64,000 bases of DNA from Paramoeba atlantica. Lineage: Eukaryota > Protista > Discosea. The notes under the pieces are model-generated. The model searched no databases and was not told the DNA's origin. It saw only the letters and a list, made by a program, of their open reading frames with translations. The stretch lies in the NCBI GenBank assembly GCA_977017575.1, contig CDRNVI010000160.1, positions 34,746 through 98,745 on the forward strand, written 5' to 3'. The position numbers were made by a program, and so were the translations under genes. Of the stretch, positions 12,001 through 24,100 are shown piece after piece (position 1 is the stretch's first letter; every line of letters starts with the position of its first letter).

Positions 12001-12225
12001 AATCATTTATCTAATTTTGGGCTCTTGTTTGAGTTTTCGACGTCTGGAGAAAATTGGACGACTTTGAGGATTGTGTCTCTTTCTTTATTGGGCGCAGTTT
12101 GGATCTTTATGATTCTATTCTTTTTCTTGGCTTCGCACCCTGAAATAGCTCGTAGACTTGGAATTGAATCAAACGTTCAAAGAGATATCAGGATTTGGGG
12201 AGACCGAAGTTCTGTTGCTTTGTAG
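6010..12225 (+). CDS. Giant secreted/surface protein: signal peptide, beta-solenoid-like N-terminal region, PAPSP(V/I) stalk, REJ/PKD-like module, GAIN/GPS motif, single TM; join(6010..6115,6182..12225), 2049 aa
   Basis: Exon 1 [23 protein letters not shown] is a signal peptide and splices (phase 1) into the 2017-aa [12 protein letters not shown]...[10 protein letters not shown]...FAYIFE resembles REJ; [13 protein letters not shown] is a GPS motif; [22 protein letters not shown] is a TM helix. Confidence 0.8.
7957..9525 (+). repeat. Coding tandem repeat, 18-bp unit (ccagcaccatctccagta variants) encoding PAPSP(V/I/T), roughly 87 copies
   Basis: Directly visible in DNA and translation; variation between units is mostly at synonymous positions. 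Confidence 0.95.
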
Positions 12226-12539
12226 AAGATTTGGGACTTCTTTTTTTTTGGAAGGGAATTATTTTATGTGATCTTTGATTTTCCGATTTTGTGTGAAATG
12301 TGATTGAAAATGGAAAATCAAATTTCTATTATTTTAAAAAATAAAACAACAATTTTTTATGGTGTCGTTTTTGGTGTCCCATTTCATTGGTGTCCCACCC
12401 TTTTTTTGTTTTTCTCTTTTTTGCTTTTTGTTGGATCGCTCTCGTTTTTTATTTTGGGACAAAACGCTCTCTCTCTTGTCTCAAACGGACGACGATATTC
12501 TTCTTTTCTCTCTTCATTCTTTGAATTCGAAAAAAAAAA

Positions 12540-12731
12540 ATGTTGCAGTTAAAAATTCGAAATTTCCTTCTCGCTCTTCTCTTCTTTGCGTTTCTTTTCT
12601 TGAGCTATGTTTCCGGGAGCGACGAAGATACATGTGCCCTTCATTGTTCAATGAATTGCCCAAAAAGCAAAAGTTGTTTCTCTGCCTGTGATATTCAATT
12701 GCCTTGTTTTCCTCGTTGTTGTCCTTTTTGA
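12540..12731 (+). CDS. Small secreted cysteine-rich peptide (63 aa; 8 Cys in the mature part)
   Basis: ATG in A-rich context, hydrophobic signal (FLLALLFFAFLFLSYVSG), then SDEDTCALHCSMNCPKSKSCFSACDIQLPCFPRCCPF; isolated between two long genes. Confidence 0.6.
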   Translation: MLQLKIRNFLLALLFFAFLFLSYVSGSDEDTCALHCSMNCPKSKSCFSACDIQLPCFPRCCPF

Positions 12732-13099
12732 TTTTTTTTTTTTGAAAAAAAGATTGTTCTTTTTTGAAAAAAATGATCATTCTTTTTTGAGATTGATTGG
12801 TTTTTTGAGATTGGTTTTTTTTATTAATAAAATTATTATTTGTTGTGCAAATAAGATTTGTTGATTTTCAATGAATTATATTTCAGTTGTAAGTTGTAAA
12901 AAAAAAAAAAGAGATTGATTGTTCATTCTTGAAGCTCAGAAAAACAAAGAACAAAAGACAGCGGAAAAAGAAAGAAAAAGGGAAAAAATGATTCACTTTC
13001 TATTTTCAAAAAATATATTTATTTGAACCCAAAAAAGATAATTTTTTTTTTTTGAGAGGAGAAATCAAGAAGAGAGGAAGAAGGAATATGACCATTACT

Positions 13100-13975
13100 C
13101 TACGCCACATATTTGTACACCTATTTTCATTTTAACATTTTCTTTCTTTCTTCTCTTTCTCTTCTTTTCTCTTCTTTCTCTTCTCTTCTCTTCTTTTCTC
13201 TTCTTTCTCTTCTATCTTCTCTCAGATTGTTCATACCTGGCTATTTTCTTCGTCCAATTCAATAAATTCTTTTTCTATTAAACTTTCAAGTCTCTTTTTG
13301 ACCAAATCCATCTGAACACAAACATTTAGAATACTAGAAAGAAAGAAAGAAAAGAAAGAAAAGAAAGAAAAGAAAGAAAAGAAAGAAAAGAAAGAAAAGA
13401 AAGAAAAGAAAGAAAAGAAAAGAAAGAAAAGAAAGGATAAAAGAAAGAAACCTGGAGGGGAAATTTCAATTGACTGCAGAGTTCGGTAATTAAGAGATTG
13501 TGTTTTAAAGTTTTTCTTGTTTTCATGATCCTCACAACAGCCGCGTCAATCTATTCAATAAGAAAGAGAGAAAGAAAGAAAAGAATCAATTGAGAATCAA
13601 GAGGAAAAGAGAAAAGAAAAAGAAGGAAAAGAGAAGAAATAAAAAAACCTGGTACTGTCGGTCAACAAAAACAGAGTCATTTGTTTTTTGTCGTTCCGCT
13701 TTCTATTTTTTTATGTTTTCAGAAAAATAAAAGTAAAAAGAGAAAAGAGAGAAGAAAGAGAAGAAAGAAGAGAGAAGAGAGAGAAGAAAGAGAAAAAAGA
13801 GAAGAAAGAGAAGAGAAAGAAAAAAAAGATAGAACCGTCTCCTTCGCTTGAATTTGATTAATCTTAATTCGAAACAATGGATTTTTAAAGTTGACATTTA
13901 AAGAAAATGAATCATCTGGTTTGACATCTCTACTCATTGGAGTTTTTGAAAGAGGTCGTATCTGGAAGAGAGAGA

Positions 13976-14011
<36 letters not shown>

Positions 14012-14763
14012 AAGAGAAGAGAGAGAAAAGAAGAGAAGAGAGAAAAAGAGTGAGAGAGAAGCGAAAAGAGAAAAAGAAAGAGAAAGAAAAAACCTTTGCA
14101 ACCGAAAGGCTCTGAAGTGTACTTCGAAGTTCTTTATCATCTATTTTTCTTTTTAGAGAAACAAAGAAAGAAAAAAGGAGAGGAGAAAAGAGAGAAAAAG
14201 AGAGAGAAAGAGAGAGAAAAAAAAAGAAAAAAGAGAGAAAAAAAAGAGAGAGAAACCTAAGCCAACTTTGTCTTTAATTTCATTATATTTAAGAGCAGTA
14301 TTCTCATTAAACAACAAAAGAACAACAGCTTGGAAGAGAGAAACAGAGAGTTCTTTCTTTCCTGCCTATTTTTCAACTCCATCAGTTTGGTTTGGTTGTA
14401 AATTGTTTTTGGAGTTTGTCGGAATAATTTGGAATTTGGTAATCATATTTGAAGTTGGTAATCTTATTTGAAGTTGGGAATGAGAGTTAATTGGTTGTAA
14501 ATTGTTTTTGGAGTTTGTTGGAATAATTTGGAATTTGGTAATCTTATTTGAAGTTGGTAATAAGAGTTTGAATTGGTTGTAAATTGTTTTTGGAGTTTGT
14601 CGGAATAATTTGGAATTTGGTAATCTTATTTGAAGTTGGGAATGAGAGTTTGGAAATGGTGATGAGAATTGTGGTTGATTGGTAGTAGGAAAGGTTGATT
14701 GTTGGAGTTGGTTTGAAAAAGAAATAGTTTTGAATCATATATTAATAATCAGAATAAGAATAA

Positions 14764-14803
<40 letters not shown>

Positions 14804-17800
14804 AAACCTTTGGGAAAATAACTTTTAAAATACAATGGCCAAGAGAGTGTTGCCATGACAATCGCCGAGAAGAATGTTTGCTGAAGTAGAATTTTTTAAA
14901 TGTTTCTAAATATCCTGTCATCTGTTGTTCTTGGATTAGTTTCGAAAAACTTGGCAATTTGTTTCAGGGAATCGAAATGAAAGAATTTTTCAAAGAAAAG
15001 TTAAAAATAAGAATGAGAAAAAACTGAATAATTCTGAAAAAAACTAAAATTCAACAATTTTAAAAAAAATAAAAAAACAAAAACAAAAACAAAAACAATT
15101 ACCAGAGAATTCAAATGCAATTCAAGAGCAGGATAAGGAGGCCAAAATCCCATTGTCAAAACAAAGACATTTAAATCAACTTGTTGTTCCATTTCTACTC
15201 CAGCTCTTGTCTATTTATTATGATTTTTTTATTTTTTTTAAAGGAAAGGGAAAGAAAAAAGAAATATAACTTTCAGAACAAAAAAAAAAAACATAACGGA
15301 AATAAAAGAAAGAAAAGAAAAGAAAAAAAGAAGAGAAAAGAAAAAAAGAAAGAAAGAAAAAAAAAAAAAAAAAAAAAACCTGTTTAAAAGAAAGCACCAA
15401 ATCTTTCGACAAATCAACATCCTTAAACATCCCCTCCAACTTAGCAGTAAAAGCAGCGCCACACTCAGCTCTCAACCGAGAAATCATCAACTTTTCTCCA
15501 TCAATAGAAGCACTCCTTCCTAATAATAACCTTTTGGCCAAATCTTTCTTATAAAATGCTTCAAAAACGTCCTTTCCGTTTATGTAGCGGAAGATGATGA
15601 GGACGTCGTTTAGCATTTGTTCTAGTTCCTTGGGGAGAGAGAGAGAGAGAAAGAGAGGAATGGGGGTGGGGGTGGAAGATGATTAGTTTGGTGAATAGTT
15701 GTTATTGTCAAGGAAAAAAAGGCGAAAAAAGAACGGAAAATAAAAATGAACAAAAAAAAGAAAAGAAAACAAAAGAAAAAAAAGAAAAAGAAAAAAAGAA
15801 AAAAGAAAAAGAAAAAAAAAAAAAAACAAAAACAAACCAAAACAAAAAAAAAGAAAAAAAAAAAAAAAAAAAGAAAACTTGTTCAGAAATAGATTTAGAA
15901 CCACCAGTACGAAGTTTAGAATCAACAAATTTAGCAACAAGTTCAGAAGGTCGATTTTCTCGAATATTCATAAAATATTCAAATCCTTCTCTTAATCCAT
16001 ATCCGAAATCTTCATTTCCTGATTTATTTTTGTTAGAGAGAGAGAGGGAGAGGGGAGAAAGAAAGAAAAGGAAAGAGAAAGAAAAAAGGGGCTGAAAGGA
16101 GAGAGAGAAAAGAAAAAGAAAGAAAAGAAATAGAAAAGAAAAGAAAAGAAAAAGAGAAAAAGAAAAAGAGAAAAAAGAAAAGAGAAAAGAAAAAGAGAAA
16201 AAGAAAAAAAGAAAAAAAGAAAAAGAAAAAAAGAAAAAAAGAAAAAAAGAAAAAGAAAAAAGAAAAGAGAAAAAGAAAAAAAGAAAAAAAGAAAAAAAGA
16301 AAAAAAGAAAAAAAGAAAAAAAGAAAAAAAGAAAAAAAGAGAGACCAGCAAAAGAGACACGAATAATTTCATCGAGTTTTCTTTTAAATTCCAAAACTTC
16401 TTGGACCATTGTTGGGTCTTTTTCCTGTGAGAAAGGAAAGAAGAGAGAAAGAGAAGATTTTAAGAACGAAATAACGAAAAAGAAGAGGAGGGAAAAGAAA
16501 GAAAAGATGATAAAGAAAGGAAAAAAAAAAAAGAAGAAAAGAAAAAAGAAGAAAAGAAAAAAGAAAAAAGAAAAAAGAAAAAAGAAAAAAAGAAAAAAGA
16601 AACAAAGAAAAAAAGAAAAAAAAGAAAAAAAGAACCAAACAAAGAAAAAGAAACAAACAAATAAAAAAATAAAAAAAAAAAAAAAAAAAATAAAATAAAA
16701 TAAATAAATAAAAAAAAACCTGATCAGAAACAATCTGAGAACCGCGTGACTTGACGTACTCTTTAAAATAGTCCCTAATTTGAATTCTCCCTTCCGAATA
16801 AGGAAATAATCGGTATAATAGACCCAAATCTTCGAGTTGGTGACTTTTCATTAATTTATCAAATCTTTTTTTGTTGTTGTGATTAGAAAAGGGTTTTTGG
16901 AAATGAAGAAAAAGAATAAAAGAATAAAAGAATAAAAGAATAAAAGAATAAAAGAATAAAAGAATAAAAGAGACAAATCAAAAAAGAAATAAAACAATTA
17001 TTAAATTAAAAATTAAATTCTAAAAAATTCTAAAAAAAAAAAAAATCTCACCAATTATAAAAAAAATTATTTCAAATTAATGATAAAAGAATAATAAAAA
17101 AAAATAATAATAATAAATAACAATCATAAATAATAATAATAAAAAATAAATAAACAAGAAACAAAAATAAAATACCCTCTCTTTAATATCGTCTCCAAAT
17201 GCCGAAACAACAATTGCTTATTCACAACTTTTAACAAACTCTTTTTCGTTGCTCCATCCAAATACTGAACAACTCTTTTCCCCTCTTCTCCTAATCTCCT
17301 CTCTGCGTCCCGAATGTATTCTGAAACCTGAAAGAGAAAAAAGAGTGAGAGAGAGAAAAAGAAAATGAATTTTTGCTTTTAATAATAATAAAAAAGAAAA
17401 GATTAAAAACAAAAATTTAAAAAAATTACAAAAAAATTACAAAAAAATTAAAAAAACGAAAAAAAAATAAAAAGAAAAAAGAAAAAAGAAAAAGGAAAAA
17501 AAAACAAAAAAAAAAAAAAAAAAAAAAACCTCCATCCCATCAATCCTCTCCCTCCCCTCCCTCCGATAAAAATCTTTCGTCTCTCTCAAAAAAGGGTGTT
17601 CAAAATAACAACTGTACAAATCAAGAGAAACCATCATCCCAACAACACTCTGTAAAATAGACCAAGAGACCGCCTCTCCTTGTCTTTCTTTTTTGATCTG
17701 TTTTTTTTGTGGGGTGAATTTGAGAATAGAAAAGAGAAAGAAAATTGAATGGTTGAAAAATAATTCTGAAAAATTAAACAAAAAACAAAAATCACAAGTT

Positions 17801-18949
17801 GAAAAAAAAAATTTAAAAAAAATTTAAAAATTAAATAGAAAAATCCTTCTCAATAAAAAAAAAATTTTAAAAAAAAAAAGAAATAAACAAAACAATCACC
17901 ATCTCCAAAACAGAATCAATCGCAGGACCAATCAACTGAAAAGCAAGAAGATGTTCCTGAAACAACTCCAACCCCAAATTCCAAATAGAACGAGAAGAAG
18001 TAGAATGAAGCACAAAAGTTCTATCTAAATAAAGAAAAATCCGACGAATCATTTTCATTTGTTCGCTGTGTGTTTCCCAGACTTTGTGGAGAGATTCTAG
18101 AAAAGGCGTTCCTCTCCTTTCTCTTTCTTCTGTTGTGGGAGGGGGAGAGAGGCGAAAAGGAGAAGAGGATCAATTTTTTTTGTTGGTAAAAAAGAATAAA
18201 GAAAGGAAATGGAGGAGGATTATTGAATAAAAGAAAAAGAAAATAAAAAGAACAAAAAGAAAAAAGAAAAAAGAAAAAAGAAAAAGAAAAACCAGTCAAT
18301 TTTTTTAACATTTGACAAATATGAGAATTTAATTCTTCTTTCAAATCAGAAAACAATTCTTTCGAATTTTGATTGGAACAAAGATTTTTAACATCATTGT
18401 ATAATTCTTCTAAGTTTGATTTTGTTGATTGTTGATTGTGGATTGCCTGAATTGCTTCCTATTTATTATTATTATTGTCAAATATTATCATTATTTCTTA
18501 TTAAAAAAGAATATTTTTTATCTTTAATAAAAATTATTAAAAAAAAAATTATATTCTATTATTTTTTTAGATTATATTATTTAATTTAATCAAAAAGAGA
18601 AAATGATTCTTTTTGTGTTAAAGATGTGATTCTGAAAATAAATTTCAGTGAAAGAAAAAAAAAAGTATGAAGTAATTTTGTATTAAAATTTTGTGTGTGA
18701 GGTTTTTCTTTTCGACTTTGTTTTATTTTTCGTTTAGAATTCAAGACATTGTTGGTAAATAATTAGACAACGAAGAAAGAAAGAGGGGAGATGAAAGGAA
18801 AGGGAAAAGAAAAGGGAAAGGAAAAAGAAAAAAAGAAAAAAAAAAGAGAAAAAGAGAAAAAGAAAGAAACAAACTCGGAGTTTGACCCAAGTATCAGCCT
18901 TAAAAGATTTTGGAACAGTCGATGGACCAACTTTAAAGTTGATTACCAT
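13100..18949 (-). CDS. CUL4: Cullin-4, multi-exon (5' end approximate; an additional upstream exon is possible)
   Basis: Exons encode [84 protein letters not shown] and [10 protein letters not shown] (neddylation site), ending YKYVA-TAG at 13100. Confidence 0.92.
14392..14650. repeat. Three imperfect tandem copies (about 99, 82, 80 bp) inside a cullin-4 intron (14366-14807)
   Basis: Unit ttggttgtaaattgtttttggagtttgt(c/t)ggaataatttggaatttggtaatc..tttgaagttgg starts at 14392, 14491 and 14573. Confidence 0.9.
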
Positions 18950-19572
18950 TTTTTTGACTCCCCCATTTGTCCCTTCAAAAGAAAAAGAAGGTTAGAAAGG
19001 AAGTAGAAGAAGAGAAGAAGAGAAGAAGAGCTTTTTGAAAGAACTTTTTGAAAGAAAGAGGAGAAGAAAACGAACCGATTTGACGATTTTTCTTCGATGT
19101 AATCATTTTAAAAAGAAAAAGAGACAAAAGAGAGAGACAAAAAGAAACAAAAGAGAGACGAAAAGAGACACAAAAGAAAGAAAAACCAAAACAAAGAAAG
19201 AAAAATCACTTTCTTAATTCCCGACCCTCTCTCAAAATTAGCTTTAAAAAACCATACACCACATCGAGATTGGGATGGAGTTCAAAACTGTTTTTCGTTT
19301 TCTTTTTTTTTTATTTGTTTTTTTTTTTTGATTTTTTTCTTTTTTATTGAAATAAATATTTCCAACTTTAAAAAAATTGCTCTTTCTCATTTGCAATTTA
19401 ATTTTTCTTTCTATTTTCTTCTCTTTTCTTTCTCGCATTCCTCATTTCGATTCATTGAAATCTCCTTTTTTCTTCTCCCTCTTTTTTCTCTTCATTTTCT
19501 CTTCATTTTCTCTTTTTCCCTTCTCTCTCTTCTCTTTCTTCTTTCTCTTCTCCCCCCCTCTCCCCCCCACTC

Positions 19573-21168
19573 TCATTTACACTCTTCTTCAAGTTCAGGA
19601 GGAACAACAATCCCTCCAACTCTCTCTTTCATACTCCCAAAAAACTTCTCCATCTTCTCTTGCAAAGGTTTCATTGGCTCAGGACAGAATTTTCGATGAA
19701 ATTCCAACCCACTTTCCAAAAAGGGAAGAGTTTTTTGTAATTCGTCTAAAAATTGGGGGAGAAATTGGGCTTGTCCTTTTTCATTTTGGACGTATTCTGA
19801 GTTGAAAAATGCTTCTTGGTATTTTTTTACACCACCTGGGAAGGGAGAGGAGAGAGGAGAGAGAGAAAATGAGAAAAGAGAAAGAAAAAGAAAAAAGAAA
19901 AAAGAAAAAAAAATAAAATAAACAAAAAAAAAAGGAAAGAAAAAAAAAGAAATAAAAGAAAAGAAAAAAAAAAAAAAAAAGCAAATCATTTGCAAACCAT
20001 TAACTTCAGCATCAATAACACCATTCAAAGAGCGAGTCAAACGATCAAGTTGCTGAGGGCCATACTCATTTGAATCAAACAAACGAAGAATTTCTTCCAA
20101 TTGTTCATTCTTTTCTGCAATGTTTGATATCGCGTTTTCGACTGGTCCAATTTCTATGTCTTGTTTTTTGATTACTTCGGATCTGTTTAGGATTCCTGGG
20201 AGTGGTTCTGTTGTTTTTTTTTGGAGGGGGGGGGTTGGGGTTGTGAGGAGAATGAAAAGGAAAAGAAAAAAGAAAAAGAAAATAAATAAACAAAAGAAAG
20301 ACAAAAAAGAAAAAGAAAAAAGAAAAAAATAATCATAAAAAAAAATAAAAAAAATAAAAAAAAAAAAAAAAAACAAAAACAAAACAAAACAAAACAAAAA
20401 AAAAACCAGCAGTAAAAAGAATGGTCTTCCGAATCCACAAATCCCGAAACTCATTCTCAAACTTCTTCTTCTCTTTCCGAAAAGTTTGTTTCAAAACAAA
20501 TCTTTGAACATTATCATTTTTTCGAAAATTTTTCACATTTTCTTTCACATTTTTAAAATCCAAAAAACTCTTAGTTTCATCTTCCCAACCGCTATTTTCT
20601 GGTACAACTGTTGAAATTACTACATATTGTTTTTCTTCTTCTCTCATTGTTTCTTGGAAATCTCCACGAGATCTTAGGACCTTTGCGCCGGGGAACTGTG
20701 AAAGAGAGAGAGAAAGAAGAGAGGAGAGAGAAGGGGGAGAGAAGAGTGAGAAAAAGAAAGAGAAATAATAAAAAAAGATTGTCAAAAAAAAGTTAAGAGA
20801 GAAAAAACCTGGTTTTGCATTCTTGTTGAAAAAGCTGCAATTCTCTCAAGTTCATGACCTGCATAAAAAAATAAGAAAGAGAAGAAAGAGAAAGAAAGAA
20901 AATGGAAGAGAAAGAAAAGAGAAAAGAGAGAAAGAGAGAAAGAGAAAGAAAAGAAAATGGAAGAGAGAGAAAAGAGAGAGAAAAGAGAGAAAGAAAAGAG
21001 AAAGAAAGAAAGAGAAACCTCGATAAACAAACTCACGATTTCTGAGACTTCGTTTAAATCCTTTTCCATAAAATCCCACATACGCGTACAGCGGAATAAA
21101 CCTTTTATTAATTTAGTATTCTTATTTATTTTTTGTTTGTTTTTTGTTTCTTTCTTTTCTTTTTATTT

Positions 21169-21199
<31 letters not shown>

Positions 21200-24100
21200 T
21201 TATTTTTAACTATTTAATTATTTAATTACCTCTCAGTAGTTTTCAAATTATCTTCAATAACTTGTCTTTTAATCCTCGACATGTCACGAAAACTCCTCGC
21301 CTGCCCAATCATATCAATACCTCTCTTTTCTTTCTCCTCCCCTTTTTCTTTTTTCCTTTCTTCCTAATCCTATTTCTCTCTCTCTTTCCTCTTTCTTTCT
21401 CTTTCTTTCTCCCCTTTCTCTCTTCTTTTCTTTCAAAACCTGATCAATTTGAGCTGCGTCAAAACCATTAACCAGATCCAAAACCTCCAAAGCTTTCTCA
21501 TATTCTTTTCCTTTTACAAAGTAATTCAAAGCGCGAAAACAAGAGACAAATTTTAGTTCTCCTTCTGATGAGTCCATTCCTTGAGAAAGAAAGAAGAGAG
21601 AGGGAAAAGAAAGAAGAAAGAAAGAAGAAAGAAAGAGGGAGAGGAGAGAAGAGAAGAGAAGAGAAGAGAAAAGATAAAATAATTAATGAAAATAAATCAA
21701 ATTAAATTAATTGTTTTTTTAACTCAAATTATCAATCAAATTTATCCAGGGAATGAGAGTACAAAATATAAATAAAAGCAAAAGCACCCAATCTATCTGG
21801 AAAATGATCTTTGAGCTTTTGAAATAATAATATTATTTCTTCTCACAACCATTAAATGAATAAATAAAAATGGTTCTTTGAATAAGCTCAGTATTCTCGT
21901 TTCATACTTAAAAATAAAATAAAAATAAAAAATAAAAAAATAAAAAATAAAAATAAAAAAATCAAACCAGACAAATGTTGCAAATTAACAGAATAAGGAA
22001 ACCTCTCCTTAGACCACCTCAAATGAGTCACAAAAACCATAAAAGTATGAGCAGCCTGACTAAAACTCCCATACTCCACAAAACTCTGAAACATTTCAAG
22101 AAGATATGAATAATATAATCCATAACTCCCCGCATTTTTCATACATTTCATCAATTTAATTGTCAATTCTGTCATTTGTTCTTCATCTCCTTGTAATGTT
22201 GCATATTCAAGATCAAGATAAACGCCCAAAGCATGTCGCACATCTCCAATCAAATCAAAGACTTCTTGTTTCGCTTCAAATTGTAAAGTGGCCCATTTAT
22301 CCACCTTTCCTTCTACACATTGCCCCAATCGAAACAAAAATGGATCAAAATGAGTGTCACGGTTTTCCAAAAGCCCTCGACTCTTCGTTAAACTCACAAT
22401 CGTCTCGACTGTCCTCCTCCTCATCAAAGAAAGAGAAGAAAGATCAGAAAGAGTACACCGAACAATACACAAGAAGTACATATCTGCCAACCAACACTGA
22501 AAATCCACCTCATCTGTTTGTGACGCAAAGTAGATAATCGCACGTGTCATGTCCCCAATAATAGGATGCTGTGACGCTCCTAAACGAAGCCAAACTCCTT
22601 CAGCAATCATACGAACCGATTTTCGAAGATCAATTGGAAAAATAGTCCCATACATGGATTGTCGTGTCACAGATATCCACATTGTTTGTGTCAAAGTTGT
22701 AAAACAATCCAGAAAAACAAAACAAAGAGCAAGGAGCGCACGGAAATGGGGAAGATTCTCTGAAACTTGTTGAGAATGAAAAGGAACTTTTGTTGATTTG
22801 GATAAGAAAGAAGGAGAGAGAAAGAAAGAAGATGAGATCGAAGAAGAAGAAGAAGAACTGGTGCCATTTTCTGGGGGGGTTATGACAGAGGGAGTGGTTG
22901 AAGTTCTTCTTCTTTTTGATTTTAGGGAAGAACCTTTTTCGTTTGTAGCGTGGATTAGATGGTAAAAGAAGACCTAAGAAAAGGGAAGAAGAAAAAAAAT
23001 GAAAAAAAAAATAAAATAAAATAAAATAAAATAAAATAAAAGAACCTCAATCATACGATGAGTCACCCGACACTGAAAAATCAACAAAGAAAACCACTTC
23101 TCTCGAAAAGTATTTCTCATACCACACAACAAAATCCCCACCAAATACAAAAAAATACTGTCAGGATGTCCCGGGTGTATGAGACACCAATTTCGAAGAG
23201 AGGCAGCAGAAAGAGAATCGAGAAAAAGTAATAAAACTGTGTATGCTTTGATGAGGTTTTCGTGAGATGAGATGGTTAGTTTTGGGGGGGGAGGAGAAGA
23301 AGAAGGAGGAGGAAAAGAAATTGAAGAAGAAGGTGAAATTGAAGGAGAAGAAGGAGCGCGAGGAGAAGGAGCACGAGGAGAAGGAGCACGAGGAGAAGAA
23401 GCACGAGGAGAAGAAGCACGAGGAGAAGAAGCACGAGGAGAAGGAACACGTGGAGAAAGAGGAGAAAGAGGAGAGGAATTTGCAGGAGAAAGAGGAGGAG
23501 AAGAGGAACCACCCTTTTTTGAAGAAGGAGAAATAGAGCGAGATAACATTTCCAAAGGAGAAATTGAACGAGATGGGGGGAAAGAAGCAGAAGGAGAGGG
23601 AGAAAAGCGAGAGGGAGAGGGAGTACGAGAGCGAGAGGGAGAGGGAGAAGTACGAGAAGAAAAGGAAGGGGTGGGAGAAAGAGAAGTGGGAGAAGAAAGA
23701 TGAGAAGAAGGGCGAGAGGAAGGAGAAGGGCGACGGCGAGAAGGGGAAATACGAGATAAAGGAGAAGGAGAAGAAGAGACTTGATTTGAGTCTTCATTCA
23801 AATCAAGTTTTTTTGGAGGAGATCTTTCAGAGGAAAGTGAGAAAGATTTTGGGGAGATGGGTGGAGAAGGAGAAGGATTTGAAAGGGGAGAGTTCTCTGG
23901 AGAATCTATTTCCTCAATCAAGAGGGTGATATTTGATGAAGATTCTTGGTTTACAAGACGATGTTCACCAGATGAAGTAGCATCAGATGAATTGACATCA
24001 AGATTTGAGGAAGAAGAGGAAGAAGAAGAAGAAACATCACAACGACCCTCTTCCAAACTCAAAAAAGAATTTCCTGGAAATGACCCCGCTTCCAATAGAG

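Noticed and set aside
14392-14650. CRISPR-like array
   Set aside because: Long adjacent tandem units without unique spacers, inside a eukaryotic intron, no cas genes.
15183-21577. Many poly-Phe/poly-Lys ORFs (for example 15708..16733; similar ones at 45540-45950 and 49500-52400)
   Set aside because: They are translations of T/TC-rich introns of CUL4, DOCK, lplA and LARS1; only the short embedded exons are real.
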